Below, one piece after another: positions 36,981-43,740 of a DNA stretch of 43,740 nt. A model generated the notes under the pieces. It was not told the DNA's origin, searched no databases, and worked only from the letters and a program-made list of their open reading frames with translations. Made by a program: the position numbers and the translations under genes. Location: contig DAPT01000073.1 of the NCBI GenBank assembly GCA_002502215.1, positions 68,941 through 112,680 of the forward strand. The letters are read 5' to 3'. Within the stretch, counting starts at the first letter, position 1. Each line of letters begins with the position of its first letter. Source of the DNA: Euryarchaeota archaeon UBA124. Lineage in GTDB: Archaea; Thermoplasmatota; Poseidoniia; Poseidoniales; Poseidoniaceae.

Positions 36981-37918
36981 GCGAAGGGTCTGAACCTATT
37001 GCTCGCTGGCGAGTCATCGCTTGTTTTGTCCTTGTCGCACAAGTTGTGCTTTTGCTGGCACTAAAGTCAGCTCTCGAAGAAGAGAGTTGGTTTGTGGGAA
37101 CACTCTCTGCTACGGTCGAAGAAGGCCCTCTCATGCTCGAAGGAGTAGCAGCCAACATCACCATCGATATGCAAAATGATCAGGATGATGTGAGCATCGA
37201 ATTCTTTGGCCCACTGCGATTAACGCACTGGCAGGATGAGCGTGACAGCAGGGCTGAGCTCTCCCAACAAGAGGTCCAAGAGTACGATGAAAATCTGGAT
37301 GAAACATTTCCAGGACCTTCCCCAAGCACAGTCAAATCAACGACATTCACACTCATACACGTTGGGATTGGCTTTTCCATTGTCTTGTTTTTCTTTGTTG
37401 GTCTTGATTTAAAGAAACAATCGAGCAAAAGATTGTTGACAGTACTGCGTCGATTTACTTCGGTTGCTTCAATTTTGAACACCTTGCTGATTATACTGCT
37501 CGTTTTGCTTGTGCTCCCAGTATCTTGGTTTGGAACGGTTGCAGGCAATCCACAGGATTTTTCAAATTCCGACGAGAACGACGAGAACGCTGCCTTCCTT
37601 GCACACGCTGATTTTTCTGGTGATACAAGTATAGGATTGGATGGATTTGCACTCGAATTTGAAGCAAGTGGGTATGATATTGGAATGGTACGTCCAGCAA
37701 ACCGGAGTGCACTTGAAGCTCAGCCCCCATTACCAGGAAACCCAGATGCTGAGTCGTTTATCTCAATCAGCGGTGAAATGCGAACAGAAACGCCTACGTA
37801 CCTTTCTGAATTCGTGTACTTTTGGATTGTAGTATGGGTACTCATCCCGTTTGCTTTGTTGATTCAGCAACGAGTTGCAATCGATCCAAGGCTTGCCTCA
37901 ATGAAAGTCTACGAATGA
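36977..37918 (+). CDS. 4-TM membrane protein with two large loops
   Basis: Four hydrophobic segments; ATGA overlap with the upstream surface-protein gene. Confidence 0.8.
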   Translation: MSEGSEPIARWRVIACFVLVAQVVLLLALKSALEEESWFVGTLSATVEEGPLMLEGVAANITIDMQNDQDDVSIEFFGPLRLTHWQDERDSRAELSQQEVQEYDENLDETFPGPSPSTVKSTTFTLIHVGIGFSIVLFFFVGLDLKKQSSKRLLTVLRRFTSVASILNTLLIILLVLLVLPVSWFGTVAGNPQDFSNSDENDENAAFLAHADFSGDTSIGLDGFALEFEASGYDIGMVRPANRSALEAQPPLPGNPDAESFISISGEMRTETPTYLSEFVYFWIVVWVLIPFALLIQQRVAIDPRLASMKVYE

Positions 37919-38689
37919 TCACTGCTCAGGCAACGTCCCATTCAAACTGTCTGGATTGTCATCGAGCGGTCCCCACTCAGTCTTGGTTCGTGCCAATCCA
38001 AACCTTTTCGCGTAAAGGAATCGGAGATTCTTCCACCCGTCGCCCCACGTATGGATCTCAGCCTCACCAACACGCTCTCGATAAGGAACAGAGATCTCGA
38101 TGGCCTTTCTTCGACCAAGGTGTTTTCGGGCAAGGATTTTGATTTCCTCTGAGAGCGGCATCCCATCGTTTGTAGGGCGCATCTTCGGGTTGTCAAAAAT
38201 AGATTTTCTGAACACCCACATCCCAGACTGTGAATCTTTGATACCGTAGCCAAACAGCAGTCGAGCATTAAAGGAAAGAGCCCAGTTTCCAAATCCGTGG
38301 AGTCCAGACATCGACCCATCCTCTGCCATGCTTAACCGATCGCAGGTAATGAAATCGAGGTCCTCATCGAGAAGACGCTTTACCAATTCAGGAATGAGTT
38401 CTGCAGGGTACGTACAGTCTGCATCCATGGTAACGATGATGTCGTTGGAGGCAACAACGAAACCAGTTCGATAAGCACGACCGTAGCCCTTTCGAGGTTC
38501 GAGATGAACTCGCACGTCTTTCTCCAATGCAATTTCTCGAGTACGGTCGGTCGATGACCCATCAACGATCATGATTTCAAGTGACTCGCACCAGTCGCGT
38601 GGGATGGCGTCAACAGTTGCTCCGAGTGCTTCTTCTTCGTTTCGCGTAGGGAGAAGGACTGTTACAGATACTGGTAAGACTTCGTCCAT
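37919..38689 (-). CDS. GT2 glycosyltransferase (DPM1-like)
   Basis: LLPTRNEE, VDGSSTDRT, KGYGRA, TMDADCTYP, DSQSGMWVF. Confidence 0.9.
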   Translation of the reverse strand: MDEVLPVSVTVLLPTRNEEEALGATVDAIPRDWCESLEIMIVDGSSTDRTREIALEKDVRVHLEPRKGYGRAYRTGFVVASNDIIVTMDADCTYPAELIPELVKRLLDEDLDFITCDRLSMAEDGSMSGLHGFGNWALSFNARLLFGYGIKDSQSGMWVFRKSIFDNPKMRPTNDGMPLSEEIKILARKHLGRRKAIEISVPYRERVGEAEIHTWGDGWKNLRFLYAKRFGLARTKTEWGPLDDNPDSLNGTLPEQ

Positions 38690-38742
38690 GATGAGCGGAA
38701 AGGCCCTGAGGGTTTGAATGCATTGCCTCAGTGGTCAAACGA

Positions 38743-39735
38743 TTACGACCAGCGGGCGCGGAACCGACGCAGCGATAATTTCGCAGCCAGGCGGATTTTT
38801 CTCCACTTGGACAGACTTGGACGCTTGCTTAGTACATCGCCAGAGCAACGAACAATTTCATGGAAGATTGCATCGTATGCCTCGCACATGAGTTTAGGTT
38901 GCAATTGGGACTTTGAATCAAGATATTCAAACAAATGTTGTGCAGATTCTTGGTGTCTGCGTACGATTTCAATGTATTCTTGGACGAAGGATTTCCATCG
39001 ATTGTTCGTACCAAACTCAGGGTTTCCAAGCTCAGTAATTTCGATGTTGTATTCGCTGAGGGTATTGATCGGAAGGTAAATCCGGCCGCTGCGATAGTCT
39101 TCAGAGACATCTCGAAGAATGTTGATCATTTGCAATTGTATTCCCATGTCGATGGCGTGGATGCGTGCTCCAGCGTCTTCACAGCCGTAAATCTCGACAA
39201 GAACCAGGCCGACTGCTGAGGCCACCTTGTAGCAATACGCTCGGACTTCATCCCACGTCTTGTGACGTACTTCGAACAAATCATCTTCCATCCCTTCGAT
39301 AATCGTTTCAAAATCAGTAAGTCGAACGGGGAATTGTTTGAACACCTCATTGATTGCAATGAAGATAGCTTCCCCGTTTGTTGCCGTTTCATCGCCTTCA
39401 AACAAACGGGTTAGACGCTCCTTAGCATCAACAAGGGCCATCAGACGATATCGGTGCTCTTCCTCAGAATTGTTCATTGATGTTTGATGGATGCTTTGGA
39501 GGAGTTTATCTCGTTCGTTAACGAGGTTGTTCAGGTATTCTGTTTCTTGTACTACGGGGTGTGTGTCTCCGTCTGCGATATCATCGAGATAACGACAAAG
39601 GGCATAGACTGCGTGAACAGCCCGGCGCTTTTGGAATGGAAGTGCAGAGAAGGTGGCGAAGAACGTTGATGAGGCCTGACGACATATCTCCTCACACTCA
39701 AGGAATGCCTCTTCAACGGACTCGTTTCTGTTCAT
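38743..39735 (-). CDS. crtB: Phytoene/squalene synthase family (CrtB/CrtM)
   Basis: STFF, AVYALCRYLDDIAD, GMEDD, YCYKVASAVG, QMINILRDVSED...GRIYLP. Confidence 0.9.
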   Translation of the reverse strand: MNRNESVEEAFLECEEICRQASSTFFATFSALPFQKRRAVHAVYALCRYLDDIADGDTHPVVQETEYLNNLVNERDKLLQSIHQTSMNNSEEEHRYRLMALVDAKERLTRLFEGDETATNGEAIFIAINEVFKQFPVRLTDFETIIEGMEDDLFEVRHKTWDEVRAYCYKVASAVGLVLVEIYGCEDAGARIHAIDMGIQLQMINILRDVSEDYRSGRIYLPINTLSEYNIEITELGNPEFGTNNRWKSFVQEYIEIVRRHQESAQHLFEYLDSKSQLQPKLMCEAYDAIFHEIVRCSGDVLSKRPSLSKWRKIRLAAKLSLRRFRARWS

Positions 39736-39757
39736 ATCTATCCCCCGAATTTTTCAG

Positions 39758-40213
39758 TTATGAATGCGTGTTGTTTTCCTTGTTTTGTTGCATTGAAATG
39801 AAGTGAATAGCAAGTCCAACCGGCATCAGCATGACCCCGAACATTATACCCACTTGCGCAAGTGTTTTGTTCATTTCTGTCTCAACACTTCGCTTCCAAA
39901 TCCATCGGGTTACGATAATGTCGCCTATGACAAAATGAGTCCAAGCAAGAACTGCTCCATCGTCGGTGCCGAGGACTTCAGCTAAACCAGATACAACACC
40001 ACTTAGTGTACCGTCACCAACCATATCGCTCAATGCTGTGAGGTTCATGGCCAAGACGATAAGATAGGCAATCAAGGGTCCGAGAACGAACCATGGGCCT
40101 TCCATCCATTTCTTTGTTCTTTCAGCGTAAGGTTGGAGAAGCATCAGCATCCAAAATGGGCCGACCCACATTGTCGCTGTAAAAAAGGCAACTAGAAGCA
40201 TTGTTTCGACCAT
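39758..40213 (-). CDS. ABA4-like (DUF4281) membrane protein
   Basis: About 150 aa with 4 TM; PFWMLMLLxP, WTHFVIGDIIVTRWIW and MLMPVGL match ABA4-family motifs; TGATG coupling to the upstream gene. Confidence 0.8.
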   Translation of the reverse strand: MVETMLLVAFFTATMWVGPFWMLMLLQPYAERTKKWMEGPWFVLGPLIAYLIVLAMNLTALSDMVGDGTLSGVVSGLAEVLGTDDGAVLAWTHFVIGDIIVTRWIWKRSVETEMNKTLAQVGIMFGVMLMPVGLAIHFISMQQNKENNTHS

Positions 40214-40776
40214 CAAATCACCTGTTCGTACGCATTTTCAATTTCTTGGATCGAGTTTTCATCCGGATAATAGGTCGTGCTTTCCCAACGTATAACACCA
40301 TTCTGATCGATGAGGAACAATTCAGGTGTCCCAGGTAAGCCGTAGTACTCAAAGATGGATTGGCTGAGGTTAGCTTGGTCTTCAATCCGTTGAATGGAAT
40401 CATCTTCAGTTGGTAATACGATGGGCCAAGGAGTGTAGTGATTGCTGTCTGGAGCACCGAATTCTTCAGCAACATCTTCTTTGGTTTCGAAGCGAAGGTA
40501 CCGTTCAACTGAAACGATTTGGAGAGGTGGGTCTTGTTCCATCCAATCTGTGTGATGTTCACGAAGATCATCTGTCCAGTCTTTGCATCCTGTGCATCCT
40601 ACACCAATGAAGAGGACCAGCACAGGTCCCTGGCTAAGATTATCCTTCATCGAATACATCGGTCCAGCATCTTCGTTGCGATCTAGTGTTTCAACGGTAA
40701 AGACGCGTCCATCCTCAATCTCTGACTCTAGACATCCAGACAAAAGTAGGATGAGCGTAAGCGCAACGAATCGCAC
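40213..40776 (-). CDS. Thioredoxin-fold (TlpA/redoxin-like) lipoprotein
   Basis: Lipobox LLSGC; GPVLVLF...CTGC; GTPELFLIDQNGVIRW. Confidence 0.8.
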   Translation of the reverse strand: MRFVALTLILLLSGCLESEIEDGRVFTVETLDRNEDAGPMYSMKDNLSQGPVLVLFIGVGCTGCKDWTDDLREHHTDWMEQDPPLQIVSVERYLRFETKEDVAEEFGAPDSNHYTPWPIVLPTEDDSIQRIEDQANLSQSIFEYYGLPGTPELFLIDQNGVIRWESTTYYPDENSIQEIENAYEQVI

Positions 40777-40785
40777 GTTGTTCCC

Positions 40786-42396
40786 TCAAGCGTTGGTCGG
40801 TGTACCGGTTTCTTTTGCTGTAGGCATGCTGCGTTGAGCTTTGCGCCCGTTTGGAGAGCGTCGGACGTTTTCGAACCATGTCTCAACACCGTTCCAATCG
40901 GGCTTGATACCCAAGTCGTCTAAGACGAGTTTGCTGCTGATACGAGCGCTCTCGAAGATGACAGGTAGGCCCGAACCAGGGTGAGTTCCTCCACCGACGA
41001 GGTACATGTTCTTGACATCCTCAAATTTGTTGCGTGGGCGTCGCCACAACATTTGGTCAAGGCCGTGTGCGAGGTTGAACACTGCACCGCGATAGCAGTG
41101 GTCGCCCCAATCGTCAGGCGTCATCGACATTTCTGTGACAATGTGGTCGCGGATGTTCTCATACCCAAGTTTGGATTCAATTTGGTCGAGAATGCGTTCT
41201 CTAAACTTGCTGGATTCCTTTGACCAGTCGATGTTTTCAGTTTGATGCGAAACAGGGACGAGAACGTAAACAGTCGAACAACCTTCAGGTGCTAGCCCTG
41301 GGTCGGTAGCGCAAGCATTCTGGGCGTAAACCGACGGATCATCCCAAGAAAGACGGTGGTGTTTTTCAATGTCTTCTAGATTTCCGACGTAATCCTTCGA
41401 GGCGTAAATTTGGTGGTGAGGTACGTCATAGGTTCGGTCAACCCCCAGATAGAGCATGTACGTCGAGCAAGAGTATTTTTTCGACTCAAGCTTCTTGTCT
41501 GTCCATCGCTTTCGAGACTTGTTCGGAACAATGCTGGTCATCGCATTTGCAAAGTCAGCGTTAACGATTACTCGGTCAGCCATGAGGACTTCCTTTTCAG
41601 TTCGAACACCGACAGCGGTCTTCCCATCCATGATGACTTCCTCAACGGCTTCACTAAGGCGGAACTGAACTCCCATTTCTTCAGCAATTTCTGCCATTCG
41701 AACAGGGACGGATCCAAGTCCACCTGTTGGGTGGAAAATTCCGTACTCGTATTCGAGGAAGGCAAGGATTGTGAACAGGCTTGGACAATTGAACGGGGAC
41801 ATGCCGAGATACTTGGTCTGGAAAGACATAGCAAGCATCAATCGATCGTCATCAAAGAGGCGCATCAAATCCTTGGCGACGGAACGTGTTGGTCGCAGAA
41901 CCGTTGCAGCACGCATGACTCGCTTGGAGAAGATGTCGCTTGGTCCGTTCCAAGGCTCTTGAAGGCAAGCCTTTGCTCGGTGGAGCTTCTTTCGGTTGTC
42001 CTCAACATATTCGACGAAAGCATTTGCATCCTTTTCACCGGAAAGTACAGCAATTCGGTCACGCATGACATCGAGGTCGCTTGTGCAATCCAGTTCTCCA
42101 CCCTGTCCGAAGATTAGGCGGTAATTCAGGTCGAGTTGATTCAATTTCAATTCTTTGTGAGCATCCTTTCCGATGGCTTGGAAAATTTCTTCGATGACTT
42201 CTGTGTAATGGAAAAATGTAGGTCCCAAATCGAACTTGAATCCATCTCGCTCAATGATTTTCGTACGGCCTCCAACTTTGGATGAACGTTCGACGACGGT
42301 AACGTTGACACCTGCTTTGGCGAGGAGTAGGGAGGCAGCGAGTCCTCCGGGTCCCGCTCCGACGATGACGATGTGTTGATTGCTTGGTGTAGGCAT
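40786..42396 (-). CDS. crtI: Phytoene/diapophytoene desaturase family (CrtI/CrtN)
   Basis: IVGAGPGGL, GGR, FDLGPT, VIVNAD, YLVGGGTHPGSGLPVIFESARI; ATG 42396 with GGTGA SD. Confidence 0.92.
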   Translation of the reverse strand: MPTPSNQHIVIVGAGPGGLAASLLLAKAGVNVTVVERSSKVGGRTKIIERDGFKFDLGPTFFHYTEVIEEIFQAIGKDAHKELKLNQLDLNYRLIFGQGGELDCTSDLDVMRDRIAVLSGEKDANAFVEYVEDNRKKLHRAKACLQEPWNGPSDIFSKRVMRAATVLRPTRSVAKDLMRLFDDDRLMLAMSFQTKYLGMSPFNCPSLFTILAFLEYEYGIFHPTGGLGSVPVRMAEIAEEMGVQFRLSEAVEEVIMDGKTAVGVRTEKEVLMADRVIVNADFANAMTSIVPNKSRKRWTDKKLESKKYSCSTYMLYLGVDRTYDVPHHQIYASKDYVGNLEDIEKHHRLSWDDPSVYAQNACATDPGLAPEGCSTVYVLVPVSHQTENIDWSKESSKFRERILDQIESKLGYENIRDHIVTEMSMTPDDWGDHCYRGAVFNLAHGLDQMLWRRPRNKFEDVKNMYLVGGGTHPGSGLPVIFESARISSKLVLDDLGIKPDWNGVETWFENVRRSPNGRKAQRSMPTAKETGTPTNA

Positions 42397-42420
42397 AGTT
42401 CTCAATCACCGTTCTGCTAC

Positions 42421-42427
42421 ATATAAA
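42421..42427 (-). promoter_or_regulatory. Putative TATA box of the crtI operon
   Basis: TTTATAT on the minus strand, 31 nt upstream of ATG 42396. Confidence 0.55.
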
Positions 42428-42444
42428 GCGCGGTTTTGCGCCAA

Positions 42445-43734
42445 TTAATCCGTCGGATTTGGATTGCTGTCCCAAAACGCAGCTTTCGATGATGTTGAGT
42501 TGTTTGAGTCGCTGCTGTATGGTAACTCAACGATTGAAGCAAACTCGTCGAGGTAAGGTCCCATGGACGATATGAGATCAACGTCCGGGTGCCCTCGAAG
42601 CACCATGCCGTCCATGTACATCAATGATCGAATAATTGGGAATGCTTCCTCTCCGAAGCGACATCCCGCAAGAACTGCAATTCGAACGGTTTTCATCATC
42701 TGTTGGGTGAGGCTGACCTCACTAACCGATTTCCCGACAAAACCATCGTATGTTTCGTGCATTTCTTGCATGTATCGTGCCTTTGCTTCGCCTGTTGGAG
42801 GTGTGTCCGCCATCGTTAACATAGCTTCAAAGGCTTCTTCCAACTCTCCTTTTGCGAGGTAATAGAAGAACCAGAAGAGAGCAGAGCGGACGGATTCCGG
42901 GGCGTGAGAGATCGCTCCAGTGTCAATGAATGTAAACATCCCATTTTCGTCAACCATTGCATTTCCTGGATGTAGATCACCATGAAAGGTTCCAATTCCA
43001 AACATGTAAGCGCCATGAATTCGGAAGAGTTGCAACAAATCCTCCCAAGACAAATCCTTGTCCGACAGTCGAGATTCAAGTGTTGGTGCTTTGATGTGTT
43101 CCATCACGAGTATGTGGCGATTGGATAATTCTGGCCAAACTTTAGGAAACTTCAACAAAGGCATTGGGAATTGATTTTCGACTTCTTTCGCCTTGGTGCG
43201 AAGCAGCTCTGCTCCTTGTATCTCGTTGCGAAGGTCAAGTTCGCGAAGCGTGTAATCTTCTACGTGCTGCAACAACCCAACCGGGTTTCCGACCTTGCGT
43301 AATCGAGGGTTGAGGAACAACCCGATTCGCAACCATCGTCGCATCCGAGCGACGTCTTTACGGAAAGATTTCTCAAAGTCAGCCTTGATGATTTTCACAA
43401 CAACTTTGCTTCCGTCTTTCAGAGTGCCTCGATGAACTTGGCCAATACTTGCTGCTGCGAATGGCTCCTCTTCAAACGATTCAAAAGCGTCAAGGAAACC
43501 AGAAGGGGCCCGATCGTGAATCAGTTTCATCGAGTCTTCTTTCGGAATTGAATTTGCTCGTTGGTACAGGGACTGAAGTTGGTGACACTTCTCTTCGGAG
43601 AGCAGATCAGGTCGAAGCGCAAAGATCTGGGTGAGTTTGACTGCTAGGAGGCCCATGTTCTGAATCTTATCGATGTCTGCAGGGCCTTTCTTCGTTATCA
43701 TTCGAATGAAACGAGCGAACGTCAAGAGGCGCAT
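42445..43734 (-). CDS. ABC1/AarF/UbiB family atypical kinase
   Basis: KLTQ..ALRPD, AAASIGQVHRG, VVKI, ELDLRNE, FHGDLHPGN, IDTG. Start lies 6 nt from the window edge and could extend further. Confidence 0.9.
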   Translation of the reverse strand: MRLLTFARFIRMITKKGPADIDKIQNMGLLAVKLTQIFALRPDLLSEEKCHQLQSLYQRANSIPKEDSMKLIHDRAPSGFLDAFESFEEEPFAAASIGQVHRGTLKDGSKVVVKIIKADFEKSFRKDVARMRRWLRIGLFLNPRLRKVGNPVGLLQHVEDYTLRELDLRNEIQGAELLRTKAKEVENQFPMPLLKFPKVWPELSNRHILVMEHIKAPTLESRLSDKDLSWEDLLQLFRIHGAYMFGIGTFHGDLHPGNAMVDENGMFTFIDTGAISHAPESVRSALFWFFYYLAKGELEEAFEAMLTMADTPPTGEAKARYMQEMHETYDGFVGKSVSEVSLTQQMMKTVRIAVLAGCRFGEEAFPIIRSLMYMDGMVLRGHPDVDLISSMGPYLDEFASIVELPYSSDSNNSTSSKAAFWDSNPNPTD

Positions 43735-43740
43735 AGTTAT

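Noticed and set aside
37919-38689. GT2 as a definite carotenoid glycosyltransferase
   Set aside because: Motifs are DPM1-like and it seems to have its own promoter element, so membership in the crt pathway is unproven.
41410-42117. 235-aa antisense ORF within crtI
   Set aside because: Antisense shadow with no motifs.
1-43740. tRNA, rRNA, IS elements, integrases
   Set aside because: Intergenic gaps are short and no cloverleaf, rRNA-like tract, terminal inverted repeats or transposase motifs were seen by eye; tRNAscan/Infernal not run.

Overview
Gene-dense archaeal chromosomal segment, most consistent with Marine Group II Euryarchaeota (Ca. Poseidoniales). This is inferred from gene content: tandem stand-alone Lrp/AsnC domains, an AOR-family tungstoenzyme, a JAMM protease, a TYW2/Taw2-type tRNA enzyme, large acidic surface proteins, and TATA-like boxes about 30 nt upstream of start codons. 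About 36 CDSs; no rRNA, tRNA, CRISPR or mobile element seen. Left part: a multipass membrane protein with an EF-hand pair that the ORF track missed (runs off the left edge), a thrombospondin-type-3-repeat surface protein, a claudin-like tetraspan protein, DsrE, gpmA-AOR-DUF1499, JAMM, a lone receiver domain and a CocE/NonD hydrolase. Middle: a small sugar-nucleotide/glycosylation cluster, an exported cyclophilin, TYW2, a large three-fold-repeat surface protein, uvrC, a wHTH-STAND ATPase and two Lrp/AsnC RAM domains. Right: beta-helix/PKD and LDL-A-like surface proteins and a carotenoid cluster (ABC1/UbiB kinase, CrtI/CrtN, CxxC lipoprotein, ABA4-like, CrtB, then GT2). Best leads: (1) a shared Trp-rich, WW-like C-terminal module on three unrelated proteins, with a PPLP/Pro-rich tail on a fourth, suggesting an undescribed cytoplasmic interaction network; (2) the carotenoid cluster with ABA4-like and ABC1 kinase partners; (3) the EF-hand membrane sensor and the claudin-like protein. 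All family assignments come from motif recognition, not database searches.
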